Origin: Eledone cirrhosa
Lineage: Eukaryota
DNA length: 64,000 nucleotides
Assembly (NCBI GenBank): GCA_964016885.1
Contig: OZ024743.1
Location: 291,958,001-292,022,000, forward strand
Direction: 5' to 3'
The position numbers were made by a program, and so were the translations under genes. This document shows positions 39,601-51,974 of the stretch, in pieces (the stretch's first letter is position 1; every line of letters starts with the position of its first letter). The notes beneath the pieces were generated by a model. That model did no database searches. It worked only from the letters and a program-made list of their open reading frames with translations, and was not told where the DNA came from.

Positions 39601-42600
39601 TGCGCTTATGTTAGTTGATATATTAAATTATCTATATTTATCTCCAAATCACTGATTTGTCGAGCAAACTTGTCAAAACCACTTCTAAAAAAATTTTTTT
39701 GGGGGTGTTAGTAGGCGTCAGTCATCTTACCATCCCATTCCTTCTAACTAGCCTCTGTGTCACGTGATTGATTCTTTAGAATCGGCCATTTGACTTGAAG
39801 CAGTGAGAATTTCGGTACATAGAATCCAGTCCTCGCAAGCTGTTCGATCTACCGAATTATTATTATTTTTATATGAGCCGCCAGTGTCCGCGCATTGCCT
39901 GGAGACTTAACTGAGAATAGACTCCCTGATGACGCAATGAATTCTCGACAGTTGGATTACGTAACTGTCTTTATCCCATTGCAGAAACTAATTAGTTGGA
40001 GTGAAAATTTAAGTAAGTAAAACATTTTTTTAAACATTTTTTTTAAAAAATATTTTCTTATTTTACGTCCTTTATATTATTGTTCTGCATTCTCCTGCAT
40101 TGAACCACCTGGGTACTATGACATAACCTGTGTATTTGCTGGCATGGGCGTGCATCTATGCGCTTATGTTAGTTGATATATTAAATTATCTATATTTATC
40201 TCCAAATCACTGATTTGTCGAGCAAACTTGTCAAAACCACTTCTAAAAAAATTTTTTTGGGGTGTTAGTAGGCGTCAGTCATCTTACCATCCCATTCCTT
40301 CTAACTAGCCTCTGTGTCACGTGATTGATTCTTTAGAATCGGCCATTTGACTTGAAGCAGTGAGAATTTCGGTACATAGAATCCAGTCCTCGCAAGCTGT
40401 TCGATCTACCGAATTATTATTATTTTTATATGAGCCGCCAGTGTCCGCGCATTGCCTGGAGACTTAACTGAGAATAGACTCCCTGATGACGCAATGAATT
40501 CTCGACAGTTGGATTACGTAACTGTCTTTATCCCATTGCAGAAACTAATTAGTTGGAGTGAAAATTTAAGTAAGTAAAACATTTTTTTTTAAATTTTTTA
40601 AAAAAAATATTTTCTTATTTTACGTCCTTTATATTATTGTTCTGCATTCTCCTGCATTGAACCACCTGGGTACTATGACATAACCTGTGTATTTGCTGGC
40701 ATGGGCGTGCATCTATGCGCTTATGTTAGTTGATATATTAAATTATCTATATTTATCTCCAAATCACTGATTTGTCGAGCAAACTTGTCAAAACCACTTC
40801 TAAAAAAATTTTTTTTGGGGTGTTAGTAGGCGTCAGTCATCTTACCATCCCATTCCTTCTAACTAGCCTCTGTGTCACGTGATTGATTCTTTAGAATCGG
40901 CCATTTGACTTAAAGCAGTGAGAATTTCGGTACATAGAATCCAGTCCTCGCAAGCTGTTCGATCTACCGAATTATTATTATTTTTATATGAGCCGCCAGT
41001 GTCCGCGCATTGCCTGGAGACTTAACTGAGAATAGACTCCCTGATGACGCAATGAATTCTCGACAGTTGGATTACGTAACTGTCTTTATCCCATTGCAGA
41101 AACTAATTAGTTGGAGTGAAAATTTAAGTAAAAAATTTTTTTAAAGATTTTTTTAAAAAAATATTTTCTTATTTTACGTCCTTTATATTATTGTTCTGCA
41201 TTCTCCTGCATTGAACCACCTGGGTACTATGACATAACCTGTGTATTTGCTGGCATGGGCGTGCATCTATGCGCTTATGTTAGTTGATATATTAAATTAT
41301 CTATATTTATCTCCAAATCACTGATTTGTCGAGCAAACTTGTCAAAACCACTTCTAAAAAAAATTTTTTTGGGGTGTTAGTAGGCGTCAGTCATCTTACC
41401 ATCCCATTCCTTCTAACTAGCCTCTGTGTCACGTGATTGATTCTTTAGAATCGGCCATTTGACTTGAAGCAGTGAGAATTTCGGTACATAGAATCCAGTC
41501 CTCGCAAGCTGTTCGATCTACCGAATTATTATTATTTTTATATGAGCCGCCAGTGTCCGCGCATTGCCTGGAGACTTAACTGAGAATAGACTCCCTGATG
41601 ACGCAATGAATTCTCGACAGTTGGATTACGTAACTGTCTTTATCCCATTGCAGAAACTAATTAGTTGGAGTGAAAATTTAAGTAAGTAAAAAATTTTTTT
41701 AAAAATTTTTTTAAAAAAATATTTTCTTATTTTACGTCCTTTATATTATTGTTCTGCATTCTCCTGCATTGAACCACCTGGGTACTATGACATAACCTGT
41801 GTATTTGCTGGCATGGGCGTGCATCTGTGCGCTTATGTTAGTTGATATATTAAATTATCTATATTTATCTCCAAATCACTGATTTGTCGAGCAAACTTGT
41901 CAAAACCACTTCTAAAAAAATTTTTTTTGGGGTGTTAGTAGGCGTCAGTCATCTTCCCATCCCATTCCTTCTAACTAGCCTCTGTGTCACGTGATTGATT
42001 CTTTAGAATCGGCCATTTGACTTGAAGCAGTGAGAATTTCGGTACATAGAATCCAGTCCTCGCAAGCTGTTCGATCTACCGAATTATTATTATTTTTATA
42101 TGAGCCGCCAGTGTCCGCGCATTGCCTGGAGACTTAACTGAGAATAGACTCCCTGATGACGCAATGAATTCTCGACAGTTGGATTACGTAACTGTCTTTA
42201 TCCCATTGCAGAAACTAATTAGTTGGAGTGAAAATTTAAGTAAAAAATTTTTTTAAAGATTTATTTAAAAAAATATTTTCTTATTTTACGTCCTTTATAT
42301 TATTGTTCTGCATTCTCCTGCATTGAACCACCTGGGTACTATGACATAACCTGTGTATTTGCTGGCATGGGCGTGCATCTGTGCGCTTATGTTAGTTGAT
42401 ATATTAAATTATCTATATTTATCTCCAAATCACTGATTTGTCGAGCAAACTTGTCAAAACCACTTCTAAAAAAATTTTTTTTGGGGTGTTAGTAGGCGTC
42501 AGTCATCTTACCATCCCATTCCTTCTAACTAGCCTCTGTGTCACGTGATTGATTCTTTACAATCGGCCATTTGACTTGAAGCAGTGAGAATTTCGGAACA

Positions 42601-45600
42601 TAGAATCCAGTCCTCGCAAGCTGTTCGATCTACCGAATTATTATTATTTTTATATGAGCCGCCAGTGTCCGCGCATTGCCTGGAGACTTAACTGAGAATA
42701 GACTCCCTGATGACGCAATGAATTCTCGACAGTTGGATTACGTAACTGTCTTTATCCCATTGCAGAAACTAATTAGTTGGAGTGAAAATTTAAGTAAGTA
42801 AAACATTTTTTTAAAAATTTTTTTTAAAAAATATTTTCTTATTTTACGTCCTTTATATTATTGTTCTGCATTCTCCTGCATTGAACCACCTGGGTACTAT
42901 GACATAACCTGTGTATTTGCTGGCATGGGCGTGCATCTATGCGCTTATGTTAGTTGATATATTAAATTATCTATATTTATCTCCAAATCACTGATTTGTC
43001 GAGCAAACTTGTCAAAACCACTTCTAAAAAAATTTTTTTTGGGGTGTTAGTAGGCGTCAGTCATCTTACCATCCCATTCCTTCTAACTAGCCTCTGTGTC
43101 ACGTGATTGATTCTTTAGAATCGGCCATTTGACTTGAAGCAGTGAGAATTTCGGTACATAGAATCCTGTCCTCGCAAGCTGTTCGATCTACCGAATTATT
43201 ATTATTTTTATATGAGCCGCCAGTGTCCGCGCATTGCCTGGAGACTTAACTGAGAATAGACTCCCTGATGACGCAATGAATTCTCGACAGTTGGATTACG
43301 TAACTGTCTTTATCCCATTGCAGAAACTAATTAGTTGGAGTGAAAATTTAAGTAAGTAAAACATTTTTTTTTAAATTTTTTTAAAAAAATATTTTCTTAT
43401 TTTACGTCCTTTATATTATTGTTCTGCATTCTCCTGCATTGAACCACCTGGGTACTATGACATAACCTGTGTATTTGCTGGCATGGGCGTGCATCTATGC
43501 GCTTATGTTAGTTGATATATTAAATTATCTATATTTATCTCCAAATCACTGATTTGTCGAGCAAACTTGTCAAAACCACTTCTAAAAAAATTTTTTTTGG
43601 GGTGTTAGTAGGCGTCAGTCATCTTACCATCCCATTCCTTCTAACTAGCCTCTGTGTCACGTGATTGATTCTTTAGAATCGGCCATTTGACTTAAAGCAG
43701 TGAGAATTTCGGTACATAGAATCCAGTCCTCGCAAGCTGTTCGATCTACCGAATTATTATTATTTTTATATGAGCCGCCAGTGTCCGCGCATTGCCTGGA
43801 GACTTAACTGAGAATAGACTCCCTGATGACGCAATGAATTCTCGACAGTTGGATTACGTAACTGTCTTTATCCCATTGCAGAAACTAATTAGTTGGAGTG
43901 AAAATTTAAGTAAGTAAAAAATTTTTTAAAAAATTTTTTTAAAAAAATATTTTCTTATTTTACGTCCTTTATATTATTGTTCTGCATTTTCCTGCATTGA
44001 ACCACCTGGGTACTATGACATAACCTGTGTATTTGCTGGCATGGGCGTGCATCTGTGCGCTTATGTTAGTTGATATATTAAATTATCTATATTTATCTCC
44101 AAATCACTGATTTGTCGAGCAAACTTGTCAAAACCACTTCTAAAAAAATTTTTTTTGGGGTGTTAGTAGGCGTCAGTCATCTTACCATCCCATTCCTTCT
44201 AACTAGCCTCTGTGTCACGTGATTGATTCTTTAGAATCGGCCATTTGACTTGAAGCAGTGAGAATTTCGGTACATAGAATCCAGTCCTCGCAAGCTGTTC
44301 GATCTACCGAATTATTATTATTTTTATATGAGCCGCCAGTGTCCGCGCATTGCCTGGAGACTTAACTGAGAATAGACTCCCTGAAGACGCAATGAATTCT
44401 CGACAGTTGGATTACGTAACTGTCTTTATCCCATTGCAGAAACTAATTAGTTGGAGTGAAAATTTAAGTAAGTAAAACATTTTTTTAAAAATTTTTTTTA
44501 AAAAATATTTTCTTATTTTACGTCCTTTATATTATTGTTCTGCATTCTCCTGCATTGAACCACCTGGGTACTATGACATAACCTGTGTATTTGCTGGCAT
44601 GGGCGTGCATCTATGCGCTTATGTTAGTTGATATATTAAATTATCTATATTTATCTCCAAATCACTGATTTGTCGAGCAAACTTGTCAAAACCACTTCTA
44701 AAAAAATTTTTTTTGGGGTGTTAGTAGGCGTCAGTCATCTTACCATCCCATTCCTTCTAACTAGCCTCTGTGTCACGTGATTGATTCTTTAGAATCGGCC
44801 ATTTGACTTAAAGCAGTGAGAATTTCGGTACATAGAATCCAGTCCTCGCAAGCTGTTCGATCTACCGAATTATTATTATTTTTATATGAGCCGCCAGTGT
44901 CCGCGCATTGCCTGGAGACTTAACTGAGAATAGACTCCCTGATGACGCAATGAATTCTCGACAGTTGGATTACGTAACTGTCTTTATCCCATTGCAGAAA
45001 CTAATTAGTTGGAGTGAAAATTTAAGTAAGTAAAAAATTTTTTAAAAAATTTTTTTAAAAAAATATTTTCTTATTTTACGTCCTTTATATTATTGTTCTG
45101 CATTTTCCTGCATTGAACCACCTGGGTACTATGACATAACCTGTGTATTTGCTGGCATGGGCGTGCATCTGTGCGCTTATGTTAGTTGATATATTAAATT
45201 ATCTATATTTATCTCCAAATCACTGATTTGTCGAGCAAACTTGTCAAAACCACTTCTAAAAAAATTTTTTTTGGGGTGTTAGTAGGCGTCAGTCATCTTA
45301 CCATCCCATTCCTTCTAACTAGCCTCTGTGTCACGTGATTGATTCTTTAGAATCGGCCATTTGACTTGAAGCAGTGAGAATTTCGGTACATAGAATCCAG
45401 TCCTCGCAAGCTGTTCGATCTACCGAATTATTATTATTTTTATATGAGCCGCCAGTGTCCGCGCATTGCCTGGAGACTTAACTGAGAATAGACTCCCTGA
45501 AGACGCAATGAATTCTCGACAGTTGGATTACGTAACTGTCTTTATCCCATTGCAGAAACTAATTAGTTGGAGTGAAAATTTAAGTAAGTAAAACATTTTT

Positions 45601-48600
45601 TTAAAAATTTTTTTTAAAAAATATTTTCTTATTTTACGTCCTTTATATTATTGTTCTGCATTCTCCTGCATTGAACCACCTGGGTACTATGACATAACCT
45701 GTGTATTTGCTGGCATGGGCGTGCATCTATGCGCTTATGTTAGTTGATATATTAAATTATCTATATTTATCTCCAAATCACTGATTTGTCGAGCAAACTT
45801 GTCAAAACCACTTCTAAAAAAATTTTTTTTGGGGTGTTAGTAGGCGTCAGTCATCTTACCATCCCATTCCTTCTAACTAGCCTCTGTGTCACGTGATTGA
45901 TTCTTTAGAATCGGCCATTTGACTTGAAGCAGTGAGAATTTCGGTACATAGAATCCTGTCCTCGCAAGCTGTTCGATCTACCGAATTATTATTATTTTTA
46001 TATGAGCCGCCAGTGTCCGCGCATTGCCTGGAGACTTAACTGAGAATAGACTCCCTGATGACGCAATGAATTCTCGACAGTTGGATTACGTAACTGTCTT
46101 TATCCCATTGCAGAAACTAATTAGTTGGAGTGAAAATTTAAGTAAGTAAAACATTTTTTTTTAAATTTTTTTAAAAAAATATTTTCTTATTTTACGTCCT
46201 TTATATTATTGTTCTGCATTCTCCTGCATTGAACCACCTGGGTACTATGACATAACCTGTGTATTTGCTGGCATGGGCGTGCATCTATGCGCTTATGTTA
46301 GTTGATATATTAAATTATCTATATTTATCTCCAAATCACTGATTTGTCGAGCAAACTTGTCAAAACCACTTCTAAAAAAATTTTTTTTGGGGTGTTAGTA
46401 GGCGTCAGTCATCTTACCATCCCATTCCTTCTAACTAGCCTCTGTGTCACGTGATTGATTCTTTAGAATCGGCCATTTGACTTAAAGCAGTGAGAATTTC
46501 GGTACATAGAATCCAGTCCTCGCAAGCTGTTCGATCTACCGAATTATTATTATTTTTATATGAGCCGCCAGTGTCCGCGCATTGCCTGGAGACTTAACTG
46601 AGAATAGACTCCCTGATGACGCAATGAATTCTCGACAGTTGGATTACGTAACTGTCTTTATCCCATTGCAGAAACTAATTAGTTGGAGTGAAAATTTAAT
46701 TAAGTAAAAGATTTTTTAAAAAATTTTTTTAAAAAAATATTTTCTTATTTTACGTCCTTTATATTATTGTTCTGCATTTTCCTGCATTGAACCACCTGGG
46801 TACTATGACATAACCTGTGTATTTGCTGGCATGGGCGTGCATCTGTGCGCTTATGTTAGTTGATATATTAAATTATCTATATTTATCTCCAAATCACTGA
46901 TTTGTCGAGCAAACTTGTCAAAACCACTTCTAAAAAAATTTTTTTTGGGGTGTTAGTAGGCGTCAGTCATCTTACCATCCCATTCCTTCTAACTAGCCTC
47001 TGTGTCACGTGATTGATTCTTTAGAATCGGCCATTTGACTTGAAGCAGTGAGAATTTCGGTACATAGAATCCAGTCCTCGCAAGCTGTTCGATCTACCGA
47101 ATTATTATTATTTTTATATGAGCCGCCAGTGTCCGCGCATTGCCTGGAGACTTAACTGAGAATAGACTCCCTGATGACGCAATGAATTCTCGACAGTTGG
47201 ATTACGTAACTGTCTTTATCCCATTGCAGAAACTAATTAGTTGGAGTGAAAATTTAAGTAAGTAAACAATTTTTTTAAAAATTTTTTTAAAAAAATATTT
47301 TCTTATTTTACGTCCTTTATATTATTGTTCTGCATTCTCCTGCATTGAACCACCTGGGTACTATGACATAACCTGTGTATTTGCTGGCATGGGCGTGCAT
47401 CTGTGCGCTTATGTTAGTTGATATATTAAATTATCTATATTTATCTCCAAATCACTGATTTGTCGAGCAAACTTGTCAAAACCACTTCTAAAAAAATTTT
47501 TTTTTGGGTGTTAGTAGGCGTCAGTCATCTTACCATCCCATTCCTTCTAACTAGCCTCTGTGTCATGTGATTGATTCTTTAGAATCGGCCATTTGACTTG
47601 AAGCAGTGAGAATTTCGGTACATAGAATCCAGTCCTCGCAAGCTGTTCGATCTACCGAATTATTATTATTTTTATATGAGCCGCCAGTGTCCGCGCATTG
47701 CCTGGAGACTTAACTGAGAATAGACTCCCTGATGACGCAATGAATTCTCGACAGTTGGATTACGTAACTGTCTTTATCCCATTGCAGAAACTAATTAGTT
47801 GGAGTGAAAATTTAAGTAAGTAAAACATTTTTTTTTAAATTTTTTAAAAAAAATATTTTCTTATTTTACGTCCTTTATATTATTGTTCTGCATTCTCCTG
47901 CATTGAACCACCTGGGTACTATGACATAACCTGTGTATTTGCTGGCATGGGCGTGCATCTATGCGCTTATGTTAGTTGATATATTAAATTATCTATATTT
48001 ATCTCCAAATCACTGATTTGTCGAGCAAACTTGTCAAAACCACTTCTAAAAAAATTTTTTTTGGGGTGTTAGTAGGCGTCAGTCATCTTACCATCCCATT
48101 CCTTCTAACTAGCCTCTGTGTCACGTGATTGATTCTTTAGAATCGGCCATTTGACTTAAAGCAGTGAGAATTTCGGTACATAGAATCCAGTCCTCGCTAG
48201 CTGTTCGATCTACCGAATTATTATTATTTTTATATGAGCCGCCAGTGTCCGCGCATTGCCTGGAGACTTAACTGAGAATAGACTCCCTGATGACGCAATG
48301 AATTCTCGACAGTTGGATTACGTAACTGTCTTTATCCCATTGCAGAAACTAATTAGTTGGAGTGAAAATTTAAGTAAGTAAAACATTTTTTAAAAAATTT
48401 TTTTAAAAAAATATTTTCTTATTTTACGTCCTTTATATTATTGTTCTGCATTCTCCTGCATTGAACCACCTGGGTACTATGACATAACCTGTGTATTTGC
48501 TGGCATGGGCGTGCATCTGTGCGCTTATGTTAGTTGATATATTAAATTATCTATATTTATCTCCAAATCACTGATTTGTCGAGCAAACTTGTCAAAACCA

Positions 48601-49553
48601 CTTCTAAAAAAATTTTTTTGGGGGTGTTAGTAGGCGTCAGTCATCTTACCATCCCATTCCTTCTAACTAGCCTCTGTGTCACGTGATTGATTCTTTAGAA
48701 TCGGCCATTTGACTTGAAGCAGTGAGAATTTCGGTACATAGAATCCAGTCCTCGCAAGCTGTTCGATCTACCGAATTATTATTATTTTTATATGAGCCGC
48801 CAGTGTCCGCGCATTGCCTGGAGACTTAACTGAGAATAGACTCCCTGATGACGCAATGAATTCTCGACAGTTGGATTACGTAACTGTCTTTATCCCATTG
48901 CAGAAACTAATTAGTTGGAGTGAAAATTTAAGTAAGTAAAAAATTTTTTTAAAAATTTTTTTAAAAAAATATTTTCTTATTTTACGTCCTTTATATTATT
49001 GTTCTGCATTCTCCTGCATTGAACCACCTGGGTACTATGACATAACCTGTGTATTTGCTGGCATGGGCGTGCATCTGTGCGCTTATGTTAGTTGATATAT
49101 TAAATTATCTATATTTATCTCCAAATCACTGATTTGTCGAGCAAACTTGTCAAAACCACTTCTAAAAAAATTTTTTTTGGGGTGTTAGTAGGCGTCAGTC
49201 ATCTTACCATCCCATTCCTTCTAACTAGCCTCTGTGTCACGTGATTGATTCTTTAGAATCGGCCATTTGACTTGAAGCAGTGAGAATTTCGGTACATAGA
49301 ATCCAGTCCTCGCAAGCTGTTCGATCTACCGAATTATTATTATTTTTATATGAGCCGCCAGTGTCCGCGCATTGCCTGGAGACTTAACTGAGAATAGACT
49401 CCCTGATGACGCAATGAATTCTCGACAGTTGGATTACGTAACTGTCTTTATCCCATTGCAGAAACTAATTAGTTGGAGTGAAAATTTAAGTAAGTAAAAC
49501 ATTTTTTAAAAAATTTTTTTAAAAAAATATTTTCTTATTTTACGTCCTTTATA
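21641..49553 (+). repeat. Tandem array of 50 near-identical ~558-bp units (eight 554-bp, one 557-bp), each with an HHR: retrozyme/pLTR-like satellite
   Basis: The landmark TATTTTCTTA falls at 21661, 22219, 22777, 23335, 23889 ... 49528. First CTGATGA at 22094, last at 49403 (49 intervals). Confidence 0.98.
22089..22170 (+). ncRNA. Type I HHR of the satellite unit (first of 50 + strand copies; last at 49398-49479)
   Basis: ACTCC-CTGATGA-C-GCAATG-aattctc-GACAGTT-ggattacgt-AACTGTC-tttatcc-CATTGC-A-GAAA-CTAA-TTAG-TT-GGAGT. Stem I 5 bp, bipartite stem II (6+7 bp), palindromic stem III, GUU triplet, predicted cut at 22165/22166. Confidence 0.88.
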
Positions 49554-49800
49554 TATAAATATATATATATATAATAAAGTTTTCTGAATTAGGCACATTA
49601 GGATTTATTTTATCGACATTAGGCTTTATTTTATCGACACCGTAAAGATGAACGGCAAAGATTTGAACACAGACCGTAAAGGGCCATAACTCTATGCATA
49701 TATATATGCAGAGGTTATATTTAATTTGTTGGGATTCAACAAACTTAAAATGTGTTAATAACTGATATAAAGCACTCAACAGTTAGTGGAGTAAATATAC

Positions 49801-50154
49801 AATATATTAATAAATGGAAACTATATTTATAAAACCATAATTATTTTATTATATATATTTCAAGGGCAACCAAGGACAATTATGGTGCGCTTTCATCAGA
49901 TAAAATACAGATTTGTTTTATAAATTAATATTGACATACCCGGAAAAAAGACAACCTCAACAGTTGAAATTCGCTGGACAGCGAATTTCAACCGTTGAGG
50001 TTGTCTTTTTTCCGGGTATGTCAATATTAATTTATAAAACAAATCTGTATTTTATCTGATGAAAGCGCACCATAATTGTCCTTGGTTGCCCTTGAAATAT
50101 ATATAATAAAATAATTATGGTTTTATAAATATAGTTTCCATTTATTAATATATT
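49801..50154. repeat. Near-perfect palindrome (176-bp arms, 2-nt spacer) with an HHR in each arm
   Basis: Centre TTGAAATTCGCTG-GA-CAGCGAATTTCAA at 49977-49978. One mismatch seen. Confidence 0.95.
50048..50113 (+). ncRNA. Type I HHR (mirror copy at 49842-49907 on -)
   Basis: TATTTTAT-CTGATGA-AAGCGCACCA..TGGTTGCCCTT-GAAA-TATATA-TA-ATAAAATA. 8-bp stem I, palindromic stem III, AUA triplet. Confidence 0.82.
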
Positions 50155-50530
50155 TTATATATATAAATTCTATCCTGTGCGGGCTCTCTATATCCTTTAT
50201 TTGTCATCAGCGTCGAAATCGTGAACTGACTGTGGTGTTACCAATTCTACCCAACTTGTCCCATTGACTGAGTGCTCTACCACTACGAATATTACCTTCC
50301 TGTGTTCTACCTCTATATACGTCTCCAGCATTGGTCAGCAGATTCTTTTCACTACGTGGAAATTTGGCTTTTAGCAGATTCTTCATCACGTGCGAGTTTG
50401 GCTTTCTACCGTGGGAGCGCTCTCTATATCCTCGTGTACTACACAACTTTGTGTCTCATCAACGTCAGCATGGTGAACTAACTGTTATGTTACAACTTCT
50501 ATATATATATATATATATATATCATGTATA

Positions 50531-50668
50531 ACTGGTACTTTATTTTATCGACCCCGTAAGGATGAAAGGCAAATTTAACCTCGGCGGGATTTGAACTCAG
50601 TCCTTAAAGCGACGTAACTGTCCTGCAAAGCATGGCGTTCGACCTTCTACCGATAGTGCCAATCCAAT
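50531..50668 (-). mobile_element. tRNA-derived SINE fragment
   Basis: B box GAGTTCAAATCCC on -. Core shared with 59188-59374. Confidence 0.85.
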
Positions 50669-50780
50669 AATAACATTCGATTCGTTTGCAATTATGCAAA
50701 AAAGCCTCATTTTTATAGCCATGTCAGTAGAATGAACGCTTCATTCTTGCTATGTGTTGGCATGTAAACAGAACTGCAGA

Positions 50781-50816
50781 CACTAATGTTTCTGGGTATC
50801 ACCCTTCATCAGTACA
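50781..50816 (-). ncRNA. Decayed minimal HHR-like motif
   Basis: Minus strand reads CTGATGA-A-GGGT-GAT-ACCC-A-GAAA-CA-TT-AGTG. Stem II is intact; stems I and III are broken. Confidence 0.55.
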
Positions 50817-50893
50817 GCTCACTGTTCACCTGCCCACTGTCGGAGCTAGTGAAAATATATGCTATTTTCTAAAATATACAGTGACTCATCGGC

Positions 50894-51015
50894 CTGATTT
50901 GCATATTAGGAGACTAACTGATCAGTCAGATCTGCATATTAGCAGATCCACTGATCAGTCAGATTTGCATATTAGCAGATCCACTGATCTGCTAGATTTG
51001 CATATCAGCAGACTG
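50894..51015 (+). repeat. ~4 x 33-bp minisatellite containing the octamer ATTTGCAT
   Basis: Unit CTGATCAGTCAGATTTGCATATTAGCAGATCCA. Confidence 0.9.
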
Positions 51016-51084
51016 GGCAGTCAGTTTCCTGTATGCGAGCGAAAAATGGCCAGATATCATTATTAAAAAAAAAAATATATTAGA

Positions 51085-51421
51085 TTGGACATGTAGCCTT
51101 ATAGATATTTTCGTAGCAGCTGACAAGAGTACATCTATAAACACAGTGGTAGAACTGGAAATAGGGATCAACTGTATGTGGGGGATGACAACAAACACTA
51201 TCCCTGTGGTAATAGGAGCATTAGGATCAAAACCCAAATCCTCAGACCTGCACCTTAGCGTCTTTCCCTGCAAGATCAGCAAATATCAGCCACATAAGAT
51301 CGAGATTCTAGGAACAGCACACATTCTCAGACGAGTTTTCTCTCTACAATGAAAATATCAATTGCCCCAGGTTCAAGGCTTGAACACGGGAATAGAGAAA
51401 CAGGTCTGAACTAAAAGAAAT

Positions 51422-51425
<4 letters not shown>
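51085..51425 (+). pseudogene. 3' end of an RLE-type non-LTR retrotransposon (R4/Dong-like)
   Basis: CSLIDIS...ELEIGINCMWGMTTNTIPVVIGALG...KIEILGTAHILRRVF*, then a short 3' UTR running into (TA)n. Confidence 0.75.
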
Positions 51426-51483
<58 letters not shown>

Positions 51484-51619
51484 GTATAGGATTATCCAAG
51501 ATGTAGTAATGGTTAATTACTACACTGGATATGGTTGACGTACGGTAGGAGGTTACTCTACGAGTTATGGAAGAGTTGTTGAAGAAACTTAGTTCCTGAT
51601 CCTTCAGTATTCCGGAGTG

Positions 51620-51974
51620 TATATAAAGAATGAATAATAACAGGTAGACATCATAAAAAGGTAGTGTATTCCGTGTGCTTACAAGTGTTTCCACGGTGGT
51701 ACTGCAGCCTAGTTATGCTACGTGCAAATTCACAAGGACTTGCAGAACTCAAATATCCAATGCTGTGACCACTGTTTCCTCAGAGCAGAATGGTAAAATG
51801 TGACATTTTACCATTCTGCTCTGAGGAAACAGTGGTCACAGCATTGGATATTTGAGTTCTGCAAGTACTTGTGAATTGCACGTAGCATAACTAGGCTGCA
51901 GTACCACCGTGGAAACACTTGTAAGCACACGGAATAAATTACCTTTTGATGATGTCTACCTGTTATTATTCATT

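Noticed and set aside
21641-49553. Array as CRISPR, 5S/rDNA, snRNA or histone cluster
   Set aside because: No unique spacers, no recognisable rRNA/snRNA/tRNA sequence, and no ORF of 60 aa or more in the unit.
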